Sequence record: SRR31156797_1282
Length of the DNA stretch: 46,596 nucleotides
Strand: one strand, 5' to 3'
Below are positions 9,186-18,570 of the stretch, piece after piece (the stretch's first letter is position 1; the number at the start of each line of letters is the position of its first letter). Under the pieces are notes generated by a model. The model ran no database searches, was not told the DNA's origin, and worked only from the letters and a program-made list of their open reading frames with translations. A program made the position numbers and the translations under genes.

Positions 9186-12149
9186 CTATTTAAGATCATT
9201 TGATTTGAACAATTCAACATACTCTTGATCATCTTCGGAAAAATGAGTTTCAATCCAATTTTTGATAAACTGCATGGCTTCATCGTAAAATTTAATTTTC
9301 CCAGATTGATATTCTTTACTAAAATCTGCAATTTTATGATGGAATTCAGTATGTTTCTTAGCGTGCTCTTCTGCTTTTTCAAAACCGAATTCCTCAAAAT
9401 ATCTTTCTTCATTACTAAAATGCCAGGCTGAATAATCCACAAGCATTTTTAGACTTTCCTTGACATCTTTCTTAGGTTTTTCTGTTCTTAACCCAATATA
9501 AACTGCATCTGCTAATTCAGCAATCCTCAGATGTTGTTCATCCATTTCAGTTATTGAATTTCTCATTGCTTCAGAAAACTCAATCAATGGGTTACCAGCG
9601 GGTGGTAAAATAATTTCAGCTTTCTGATCAACTTCAACTTTTTGCTTTGATTTTGCAGCTTTCTTCGACTGGTTATTAAGCTCTTGCTCTAGTGCCTTTG
9701 ATTTCTCTATAAGATCATTTATTTCTTTTTGAAGTTGTTCTTTTTGTTTCTCAACTGCTTTTAAGGTTGCTGTTGATTTATTAAGCTGCTTTTCTTTTTG
9801 CTGTAATTCTATTGATAATGTTTTCTGTTCCGTTATATCAACTGCAATCTTAACTACTTTATAGGGTTTTTCATCATGATCGAGCAATGGAGTATATGTC
9901 TCGTAGAGATAAATATCTTTATCATTGTATGTAATTTGTGTTTCTTCGCTACGTGTTATACCATGTCGAAGGTCTTCCCAGAATTTACGATATTTTTCCT
10001 TATCCACACTGGTTAGCGTTAACCCATCATCATGATTCATTCCAATTATTTGCTCTCTTGGAACACCCACCAATTTAGCGAATCGCTCATTTACTTCAGT
10101 AATTACACCATTCAAATTATATTCAACCATGTAATTCGCTATGCCAAGAGCTTCAATAAGGTTTCGCATCTCAAACTCTCTTCTGGCAGCCTCTTCCTGA
10201 GTTGTTTGCAATTCTTCAAGGTTTTGACGCATTTCTTCTTCTTGGGAGCTTAACTCTTCTTGCTGATATTGGGATTCTTTTAGCAGTTGCTGTGTCTTCT
10301 CAGAAACTTTCACATTCGCGATTGTAGATGCAATACTCTCACCAATTTTCTCTAAAAATTCAATTTGGTGATCCTTTATTTCTTTAAATGAGGCTAATTC
10401 AATAATAGCATATACTTTATCATTTAAAATAGCAGGCACAATTAGAATAACTTTAGGGTTAGCTTCCCCCATACCGCTAGTAATAGAAATATAATTATTT
10501 GGGACTTCTTTTAGATGAATTGTCTTCCGCTCGTGGGCACATCTGCCTATAAGATCCTCCCCATATTTTACTCTTGTTTTGTTAAACTGCTTCTTATTAA
10601 AAGCAATGGTACTTGTGGCTTTAAAATAAATATCATCTTCTGATTCATCAATAACATAAATGGCACCTTGTGAAACTTCAACATAGTTTACCATATTGCG
10701 CATTAGCTCAAAAGAAAGCTCAGAAATATTATCATTATTTTGTCTTAGGATATCAGCAAATTTGGCAATTCCTTCATTGATCCAGCGATGAATTTTATCC
10801 TCTTCCTGCCTTTTTAACTCTTCCTCACGAGCCTCTTTAAGGTTGTTTCTCATTTGCATGAGCGACTTACCAAGTAAATCTTCATCACTCAATAAATTTA
10901 AATCTTCATCAAGATTTCCTGATCCTATACTTGATGCAAAATCAACCTTTTCAGCATATCCATCGATATATTGATTCAATGCGTTAGCCATTTCGTTGAT
11001 CTCATCACCGGTATTTAAAATTAGCTTTTGATCTTTACTAACATCTCCTTGAGAAATTTGGTAAAATATCCGCGTAATGGATTTAATTGGACGACTAATG
11101 TTTCTGGCCATTAAATAAATAATAAGTGCCAATAATAACAATCCAAGAAATGCAACAAAAATTGCATTATTCAATGTTTGTGAAGCCAAAGCCACGATTT
11201 TACTTTCAGGCAATGCCATGTTCACATACCAGGCTGTATTGGTCCCTAAAATCTCCAATGGAGCTGATGTAACATAATAATGCTCACCATTATATTTCGT
11301 ATGGTATGAAAAGGACTCCAATGAAGCAATATTAGATTCAATATCAATGGTATCTCCAGTAAGAAAACCTATATCATTTATATTCTCACCAATTGCTTTT
11401 GCATCAGGGAAACTCACTAAACTCCCTGTATGGGATAAAAGAAAAGCAAAACTACCTTCTATAGGACTATATTCGTTAATTAGGTCACTGATTGTTGACA
11501 ATGGAACATCAATTCCAATAACGCCTAAAAATTCTCCATCTTCAATTATTGGTGCAACAATGTTAGTTTCCAAAATTTCATCTGATTTATTGCCGGAATA
11601 TGAATAATAATAAGGATCAACAATAGTATTTTGCATTCGATTCTTAACCAGTGTATAAATACTCCCGGAAAGCACCTCATCAGGATTTTGCTCGACGTAA
11701 CGACTCAATACAATTTCATCATTTTGTCGATAATAAACATATCTGAAGTTTCCGAGCACTGTGCTACCAACCTGGTTCTGGTAAACATTTTTAAGCGTAT
11801 CAATGGCATCAGGTTCTAATATGCTCCATACAGATAAAAACCGGGGATTATCCTCCAGCATACTTTTAAGGTATTTTGCCAATACATCTCTACGCTCACG
11901 CTGAGGGACTTCCTTATAATCTTCAAAGATTGTTTTTGCAATTAGTACAGAATTTGAATAATAGTTAAGCTTATCAGCGGTAAGATTAGCATATTCGCGT
12001 GCATACGAATCAGCAAGATCACGGGATATTTTCAACATGCTCGACCTTGACTTCAATCCAATATAACCAATAGATAATAAAAATATTACAATTACTGAAG
12101 ATAGAATATAGATCTGGATTTTCTGCTGAATATTAAATTTCCGTTTCAT
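9186..12149 (-). CDS. Membrane receptor: dCache-HAMP-GAF-coiled coil-PAS-bacteriohemerythrin (copy A)
   Basis: Two TM helices flank a Cache domain (DPYYY...GVIGIDV). HAMP (RPIKSI...DEINEMANALN), GAF (QGAIY...GEDLIGRCAHE...IELASF), PAS (VEYNLNGVITEVNERF...FWEDL...ETYTP), hemerythrin ligands DEQH, HFSNEE, HAKKH, HFSEDD. Confidence 0.85.
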   Translation of the reverse strand: MKRKFNIQQKIQIYILSSVIVIFLLSIGYIGLKSRSSMLKISRDLADSYAREYANLTADKLNYYSNSVLIAKTIFEDYKEVPQRERRDVLAKYLKSMLEDNPRFLSVWSILEPDAIDTLKNVYQNQVGSTVLGNFRYVYYRQNDEIVLSRYVEQNPDEVLSGSIYTLVKNRMQNTIVDPYYYSYSGNKSDEILETNIVAPIIEDGEFLGVIGIDVPLSTISDLINEYSPIEGSFAFLLSHTGSLVSFPDAKAIGENINDIGFLTGDTIDIESNIASLESFSYHTKYNGEHYYVTSAPLEILGTNTAWYVNMALPESKIVALASQTLNNAIFVAFLGLLLLALIIYLMARNISRPIKSITRIFYQISQGDVSKDQKLILNTGDEINEMANALNQYIDGYAEKVDFASSIGSGNLDEDLNLLSDEDLLGKSLMQMRNNLKEAREEELKRQEEDKIHRWINEGIAKFADILRQNNDNISELSFELMRNMVNYVEVSQGAIYVIDESEDDIYFKATSTIAFNKKQFNKTRVKYGEDLIGRCAHERKTIHLKEVPNNYISITSGMGEANPKVILIVPAILNDKVYAIIELASFKEIKDHQIEFLEKIGESIASTIANVKVSEKTQQLLKESQYQQEELSSQEEEMRQNLEELQTTQEEAARREFEMRNLIEALGIANYMVEYNLNGVITEVNERFAKLVGVPREQIIGMNHDDGLTLTSVDKEKYRKFWEDLRHGITRSEETQITYNDKDIYLYETYTPLLDHDEKPYKVVKIAVDITEQKTLSIELQQKEKQLNKSTATLKAVEKQKEQLQKEINDLIEKSKALEQELNNQSKKAAKSKQKVEVDQKAEIILPPAGNPLIEFSEAMRNSITEMDEQHLRIAELADAVYIGLRTEKPKKDVKESLKMLVDYSAWHFSNEERYFEEFGFEKAEEHAKKHTEFHHKIADFSKEYQSGKIKFYDEAMQFIKNWIETHFSEDDQEYVELFKSNDLK

Positions 12150-12314
12150 GAATTACCCGCGTTTAATTGCCAATTCAGTATAAATAAATCAATAAACCTT
12201 AAAAATAAACAAATATTCGCTTTTTATAGCAAAGGAGTTTAATTATTCATTGTGCAAATTGAAGTTTATGCATATGTGCGAAGGTGAACAATCATTTAAT
12301 TACAAGAAAAATGA

Positions 12315-15272
12315 CTACAAACCATTCAATTTAAAGACATCTACATATTGTTGATCATCAGTAGTGAAGTGTTTTGTTAGCCAACTCTTCATTCCAAGCA
12401 ATATTTTGTTGATTTTAGTTTTCACACCTTTATTAACGGCAACTTCTAATTCTCGAATCAGTTTGATAAACTCCGCATGCTCTTTCTTGTGATCATTTGC
12501 TAATTCAAAACTAAAGTCTTCAAAGTAACGCTCTTCATTGCTGAAATGCCAACTAGTATAATCAGTAAAGGTATTCAATAACTCTTTTCTTTGTTTTGCA
12601 TTCGACTTAGCGGATAATGCGGTATAAAGTTCGTTCATCATTTCAACAATACGCTTATGCTGCTCATCCATCTCCTCAATGCCTGTAATCATATCCTTTG
12701 ACATTACCACAAGTGGTTGGCCTGCTTTCGGCAATTGTTGCTCTTCTTTTGACAGCTCTATTTCAACTTTGCTTTGTGGAACTGCTTTTTTGCTCTCACT
12801 CAACAAAGCTTCTATTTGTGCTTCAAGCTTTATATTTTTCGCCTTCTCAGCATTCAATTCTTCTTTTAATCTCACTATTGTATCATTCTCCTTTTGCTCC
12901 ATATCTTGGAAATCTTGCACTTTAGATTGCAACGCTTCAAGCTCCTGAGCTAAGTTATGTTCTCTAGTCACATCAAAACCAATTTTTAAAATTTTATAAG
13001 GTTTCTCATCTTCATCAACTATTGGAGTATAAGTTTCCTTTAAGTAAAAGAATTGATTATTGTAATTAAACTTATTGACATCAGTTCGCGGAATTCCATG
13101 ACGCAGATCTTCCCAGAATTTCTCATAATCTGCACGTACTACATGGGTGAAATCAATACCATCTTTATGGTTCATTCCAACCATTTGCTCTCTTGACATT
13201 CCAATCAGTGCTGCAAATGTTTCATTAACATCTGTAATTTCACCATCTAAATCATACTCCACAGTATAAGTTGATGAGCTAAGTGCATTAATTACGCCAC
13301 GCAATTCAAATTCGCGTCTGGCAGCTTCTTCTTGTGTAGCCTGCAGTTCCTCAAGGTTTTGGCGCATCTCTTCCTCTTGTGACGACAACTCTTCTCTTTG
13401 TTGCTGAGATTCAGCCAATAAACGTTGTGTACGTTGATTTACTTTTACACTATTCAATGTGGAGGCAATACTTTCTCCTATCTTTTCTACAAACTCTATT
13501 TGATGAGGCTCCATTTTATTAAACGAAGCTAACTCCATAACCCCATAAACGACCTCATTAATTAAAACAGGGACAATCAAAATTGAGGTTGGAGTTGCGT
13601 TACCCATTCCACTGGTAATTTCTACATAATCCGCAGGAATATCAGTCATATAGATAGTAGCACGCTCATGTGCACATCTACCTACTAAATCTTCTCCCTT
13701 TCGAATTTCCTTTTTCAAATAACGCCTACGATCATAAGCAACTGCTGCCATCAGTTCATAAAATGGATCATCCTGCTCTTTATCATTCAATACAAATATG
13801 GCTCCCTGATTGGCATCAAGATAATTTACGAGGTTACTGATTATATTAAATGACAAGTTCTCTAAATTGTCATTATCTTCCCTTAATATTTCACCAAACT
13901 TCGCAATACCATTAGTTGTCCATCTTTGCTTTTCATCTTCTGCTTTTCTTTTCTCCTCCTCTTTCCTTGCTTCACGCAAGCTTTGACGCATATTTATTAA
14001 AGAATTACCTAATACGTCATTCTCACTCTTTGGATTATATTCAGATGATAAATTTCCTTTCCCAATTTCTTCAGCAAATTCTGCAGTATCATTTAAGCCC
14101 TCAACTACTTGATTAAGAGAATTCGCCATATCACCAATCTCATCATTGCGATTAATTACAATATTGTCAATGCCATGAATATCTCCCAGCTCTATTCGCT
14201 TTAATCTATTTGTTGCTAATCCAATAGGTTTTGCAATACGAATCGCAATCAGATAAATCAATGTAGTCAATAATATTAAACCTAAGAGTGCTACTAAACC
14301 ACTAATTAATAAGTTATTATCTGCCTCAGCAGTTATTACATTTACAGGAACCACCAAACCAAGAGCCCAGGGAGTTGTTGTCCTACCCACTTTAACTGGC
14401 TCAATAGCAATGTAAACTTCCTCATTCAAAGTAGAGTCAATATCACGAAATGCAAAGCTTTTACCTTTTGCAATTTTTTCTCTCAATTCATACTTTGCCT
14501 CAAATTCAGTCATAGCAACTGTAATATTTTTTCCAATAAAAGAAGTATCCGGGTGGCTGATGAGAACTCCTTCATTTGAAATTAATAAACCATAACTATT
14601 CTCCATAGGGTTTATCTGAGCAACAATATCCTGCAGAGCATCAAGAGTTATATCTACCGCAACTATACCAACATACTCACCTTCTCTTTTTATGGGCACA
14701 GACATGCTAGTCATAAATTTTTGCGATTCACCTTCTTCTGAAAAAACATCCCAATAAGGTTCCCAGATTGATTCTACTGCATCAGACTTAATTTTTGCAT
14801 ACAAAGCCGGATCACCATCCATACTTCTGGTAGTTGTGCTGTATTGTATTTGCCCATTCAAACGAAAAAAAGTATTAGCATATCTTCCATATGGTTTATC
14901 GTAATCATCATCAACCACATTCATTTCCCAACTATCCCAAAGCTTATAAATCTGAGGATTAGCATCATATACAGGTCGAAGCATATCTATTACATAATCT
15001 AACCACAAAGAATCCGGCCATTTTTCCCAGGTAGAAAAAGCATTGGCCAAAGTTCGGATGGCATCCATACTTTCATTCAATTGGCTTTCAATACGCAGCG
15101 CAGATTGAGCAGCTACAGCATTAGCATTTTCTTTAGCTGATTTATAAGCCATACTTCTGGACGAGAGTCCAATATAACCTACAGATATTATAAAAATAAT
15201 TAAGGTTGTAGAAAGAATTAAAAGCAGCATCCTGCTTTTGAGATTTATGCGTGCATTGAAATTTATCTTCAT
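12315..15272 (-). CDS. Membrane receptor: dCache-HAMP-GAF-coiled coil-PAS-bacteriohemerythrin (copy B, paralog)
   Basis: Same architecture as copy A. Cache WEPYWD...GIVAVDI, GAF GEDLVGRCAHER, PAS FWEDLRHG...ETYTPI, hemerythrin DEQH, HFSNEE, HKKEH, HFTTDD. Confidence 0.85.
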   Translation of the reverse strand: MKINFNARINLKSRMLLLILSTTLIIFIISVGYIGLSSRSMAYKSAKENANAVAAQSALRIESQLNESMDAIRTLANAFSTWEKWPDSLWLDYVIDMLRPVYDANPQIYKLWDSWEMNVVDDDYDKPYGRYANTFFRLNGQIQYSTTTRSMDGDPALYAKIKSDAVESIWEPYWDVFSEEGESQKFMTSMSVPIKREGEYVGIVAVDITLDALQDIVAQINPMENSYGLLISNEGVLISHPDTSFIGKNITVAMTEFEAKYELREKIAKGKSFAFRDIDSTLNEEVYIAIEPVKVGRTTTPWALGLVVPVNVITAEADNNLLISGLVALLGLILLTTLIYLIAIRIAKPIGLATNRLKRIELGDIHGIDNIVINRNDEIGDMANSLNQVVEGLNDTAEFAEEIGKGNLSSEYNPKSENDVLGNSLINMRQSLREARKEEEKRKAEDEKQRWTTNGIAKFGEILREDNDNLENLSFNIISNLVNYLDANQGAIFVLNDKEQDDPFYELMAAVAYDRRRYLKKEIRKGEDLVGRCAHERATIYMTDIPADYVEITSGMGNATPTSILIVPVLINEVVYGVMELASFNKMEPHQIEFVEKIGESIASTLNSVKVNQRTQRLLAESQQQREELSSQEEEMRQNLEELQATQEEAARREFELRGVINALSSSTYTVEYDLDGEITDVNETFAALIGMSREQMVGMNHKDGIDFTHVVRADYEKFWEDLRHGIPRTDVNKFNYNNQFFYLKETYTPIVDEDEKPYKILKIGFDVTREHNLAQELEALQSKVQDFQDMEQKENDTIVRLKEELNAEKAKNIKLEAQIEALLSESKKAVPQSKVEIELSKEEQQLPKAGQPLVVMSKDMITGIEEMDEQHKRIVEMMNELYTALSAKSNAKQRKELLNTFTDYTSWHFSNEERYFEDFSFELANDHKKEHAEFIKLIRELEVAVNKGVKTKINKILLGMKSWLTKHFTTDDQQYVDVFKLNGL

Positions 15273-15349
15273 AGTTGATTATTTTCAAATTAACTCAGCA
15301 TTCGCAGAATACCGATTTCTATTGCAATTGAAAAAAGTTCTAGTCTATA

Positions 15350-15357
15350 CAAAAATA
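15350..15357 (-). promoter_or_regulatory. Bacteroidota -7 element (TATTTTTG) for the receptor pair
   Basis: Exact TAnnTTTG match about 78 bp upstream of ATG 15272. Confidence 0.5.
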
Positions 15358-15493
15358 AAAAATTAATACAAACTTTAAGATTCGATAACAATTAAAATAG
15401 CCTATTGAGAAAAATTCAAAAACTATTTTCAAAAACCATTTGTTTCAAAACCCCTTTAATAGTAATTTCGTGTCGTTTACAAATTTGCTATCC

Positions 15494-18397
15494 ATGATTA
15501 ACCTTATACAAAAAGTTGAAGGAAAAATATATACCGATTACCGAACACGGTTAATGTATGCTACTGATGCATCAGCTTATAGGGAAGTACCTAAAGCTGT
15601 AGCAGTTCCCAAAAACAAAGAAGACATACGAAAAATTATAGAATGGGCCAACACACATAAAACACCAATAATTCCGCGTACTGCCGGAACTTCTTTAGCA
15701 GGACAGGTTGTAGGGAATGGCATTGTTGTGGATGTTTCAAGACATTTAACAAAAATTATTGAACTAAATGTAACCGAAAAATGGGTTAAAGTGGAACCAG
15801 GTGTTATTCTGGATGAGCTCAATATGGAATTAGAGAAGCATGGATTGTTTTTTGGGCCGGAGACAAGCACTTCATCTCGTTGTATGATTGGCGGAATGGT
15901 GGGTAATAATTCTTGTGGATCTCACAGTATTATATATGGGACAACACGAGATCACACATTAGAAATTGAAGCTATCTTGAGCGATGGCAGTGAAGTGGTG
16001 TTTAAAGAAATTTCAAAAAATGAATTCAATAGCAAATGTGAATTAGATACACTTGAAGGTCAAATATATAGAAATCTCAAAGACGAACTTTCAGAAGAAA
16101 TAACAAGACAAAGAATAAGGGAAGAATTCCCGGAACCATCTATCTACAGAAGAAATACAGGATATGCCGTTGATCTTATAGCAGAAACAGAAGTTTTTGG
16201 CGGAAAAGAAAAATTAAACCTTGTAAAACTACTTGCCGGATCTGAAGGCACATTGGCCTTTTCTACAAGCATAAAACTTAATCTGGTTGATACACCTCCA
16301 CCTGCAAAAGGATTAGTCTGTGCACATTTTGACAACCTTCAAAATGCACTGAAAGCAAATCTAATTGCACTAGACCACCAACCTGGAGCCGTAGAACTCA
16401 TGGATGATATTGTGCTGGAAGCCACCAAAGACAATATTTCTCAAAACAAGAATCGTTTCTTTATCAAAGGTGATCCAAAAGCCATACTCATTATAGAATT
16501 TGCCAGAAACACGGAAGAAGAAATCAGGGAGATAGCCGAAAAAATGGAAAAGGCCATGAGAGATCAAAATCTTGGCTACCATTTTCCACTGGTTTTGGGC
16601 AGTGATATTGGAAAAGTGTGGGCGCTTCGCAAAGCCGGACTAGGGGTTCTAAGTAATATACCGGGCGATAAAAAACCTGTAACCGTTATTGAAGATACCG
16701 CAGTCGATGTAAAGGTATTGCCTGAATACATCGCTGATTTTCAGGAAGTATTGGATAAAAACAAAATGTCGTGCGTATTTTACGCCCATGTCGGATCAGG
16801 CGAGATTCATTTACGACCAGTATTAGATCTTAAAAAAAGTGAAGATGTTGAGCGATTTCATACCATCGGAACCGAAATAGCCAAATTGGTAAAAAAACAC
16901 AAAGGTTCACTAAGTGGAGAGCATGGTGATGGACGATTACGAGGTGAGTTTATTCCCATGATGATTGGTGAAGAAAATTATGAGATGCTCAAACGGATCA
17001 AAAAAACATGGGATCCACATGGTATTTTTAATCCGGGGAAAATAACAGATACGCCTTCTATGAAGGAAAACCTTCGTTATGAGCCGGATGTACCTGTGCG
17101 AGAACACGAGACAATTTTTGATTTTAGTCGTGAAGGTGGCATTGTAAGAGCAGCCGAACTTTGTAATGGTTCTGGAGATTGTCGTAAAACTCATCTTAGT
17201 GGGGGTACCATGTGTCCAAGCTACATGGCTTCATTGGATGAATCAACCACAACCCGTGCAAGAGCCAATATTTTGCGAGAGTTCCTCACACATTCACCAA
17301 AACAGAATCCATTTGACCATAAAGAAATCTACGAAGTATTGGACCTTTGTCTGGCATGTAAAGCCTGTAAAAGTGAATGTCCGTCGAGTGTAGATATGGC
17401 TAAACTGAAAACAGAATTTTTGCAACATTATTACGATGCCAATGGCATTCCATTAAGAACAAGAGCTATTGCCTACATTAATAAAATAAATGCACTGGGA
17501 AGCATCACACCCGGCATTACTAATTTCTTTATGCAAAATAAAGGCACTTCTGGGCTAATCAAGAAAATGTTAGGTTTTGCTCCTAATAGAAGCATCCCCA
17601 AACTTCAAAAAAGAACACTTACCAGAGAAGTTAAACGATACGCACAAAAACTAAATGAAGGTGCAATTGGAACCGTTTATCTGTTTGTAGATGAATTTTC
17701 AAATTTTAATGATACATCTATTGGTGTAAAAACCTTTATGCTTCTGAATAAACTAGGATATAAGGTTAAAACAGTTAAGCATCACGAAAGTGGTAGAACT
17801 TTCCTGTCAAAAGGATTGCTTCGGACAGCTAAAAAACTAGCCATCAAAAACATTCAAAAATTTGCACCAATCATTACAGAAGAAACACCTCTGGTAGGCA
17901 TAGAACCTTCAACAATACTCTCATTCAGAGATGAATACCCTGATTTAGCAGGTAAAGAACTGAAACAAGAAGCAGAAAAACTGGCCAAAAATGCTTTAAT
18001 GTTTGATGAATGGTTTATGCGTGAAGTAGAAAAAGGAAACATTGATAAGGAAGTATTCACAAAAGAAGCTGCCGAAATAAAATTACATGGACATTGCCAG
18101 CAAAAAGCTGTAGCTTCAACCAAGCAAACCATTGCTATGCTTAACTTACCGGAAAACTATAAAGTAAGCGAAATACCTTCCGGATGTTGCGGTATGGCTG
18201 GTAGTTTTGGATACGAGAAAGAACATTATGAGCTTTCAATGAAAGTAGGTGAATTGGTATTATTTCCTGCAGTAAGAGAAGCAGCCAAAGAAACTATTAT
18301 TGCTGCTCCCGGAACTAGTTGCCGACATCAAATCAAAGATGGAACCAATAGAGATGCTAAGCATCCGATTGAGATTATGTATGATGCTTTAAATTGA
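15494..18397 (+). CDS. FAD-linked oxidoreductase with 4Fe-4S and CCG domains (GlcD/GlcF fusion, YdiJ-like alpha-hydroxy-acid dehydrogenase)
   Basis: Start moved to ATG 15494. YATDAS, PRTAGTSLAGQ, IGGMVGNNSCG, GSEGTL, SGEHGDG, CLACKACKSECP, HGHCQQK, CCGMAGSFG, GTSCRHQI. Confidence 0.88.
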   Translation: MINLIQKVEGKIYTDYRTRLMYATDASAYREVPKAVAVPKNKEDIRKIIEWANTHKTPIIPRTAGTSLAGQVVGNGIVVDVSRHLTKIIELNVTEKWVKVEPGVILDELNMELEKHGLFFGPETSTSSRCMIGGMVGNNSCGSHSIIYGTTRDHTLEIEAILSDGSEVVFKEISKNEFNSKCELDTLEGQIYRNLKDELSEEITRQRIREEFPEPSIYRRNTGYAVDLIAETEVFGGKEKLNLVKLLAGSEGTLAFSTSIKLNLVDTPPPAKGLVCAHFDNLQNALKANLIALDHQPGAVELMDDIVLEATKDNISQNKNRFFIKGDPKAILIIEFARNTEEEIREIAEKMEKAMRDQNLGYHFPLVLGSDIGKVWALRKAGLGVLSNIPGDKKPVTVIEDTAVDVKVLPEYIADFQEVLDKNKMSCVFYAHVGSGEIHLRPVLDLKKSEDVERFHTIGTEIAKLVKKHKGSLSGEHGDGRLRGEFIPMMIGEENYEMLKRIKKTWDPHGIFNPGKITDTPSMKENLRYEPDVPVREHETIFDFSREGGIVRAAELCNGSGDCRKTHLSGGTMCPSYMASLDESTTTRARANILREFLTHSPKQNPFDHKEIYEVLDLCLACKACKSECPSSVDMAKLKTEFLQHYYDANGIPLRTRAIAYINKINALGSITPGITNFFMQNKGTSGLIKKMLGFAPNRSIPKLQKRTLTREVKRYAQKLNEGAIGTVYLFVDEFSNFNDTSIGVKTFMLLNKLGYKVKTVKHHESGRTFLSKGLLRTAKKLAIKNIQKFAPIITEETPLVGIEPSTILSFRDEYPDLAGKELKQEAEKLAKNALMFDEWFMREVEKGNIDKEVFTKEAAEIKLHGHCQQKAVASTKQTIAMLNLPENYKVSEIPSGCCGMAGSFGYEKEHYELSMKVGELVLFPAVREAAKETIIAAPGTSCRHQIKDGTNRDAKHPIEIMYDALN

Positions 18398-18570
18398 TTT
18401 TAGATCTTGGATATTAGATATCAGATAGCATTTCCAAATTAAAATCTCATGTAAATTGAAAACTGAATTTTAATTTGCATGAAAATTCTCATAAAAACGG
18501 AACTACTCAAAACGATTTGAAATTTTCCTTATGAGATTTGGAATTTGAATATTTGGAATATGTTTTTTTG

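Noticed and set aside
9185-9442. 86-aa extension of the peptidase overlapping the hemerythrin domain (apparent overlapping genes)
   Set aside because: The lipoprotein signal peptide starts at ATG 9184. The extension is a chance open frame.
9186-15272. Calling the two receptors methyl-accepting chemotaxis proteins or histidine kinases
   Set aside because: No MCP hairpin-tip motif (LLALNAAIEAARAGE) and no H/N/G boxes are present.
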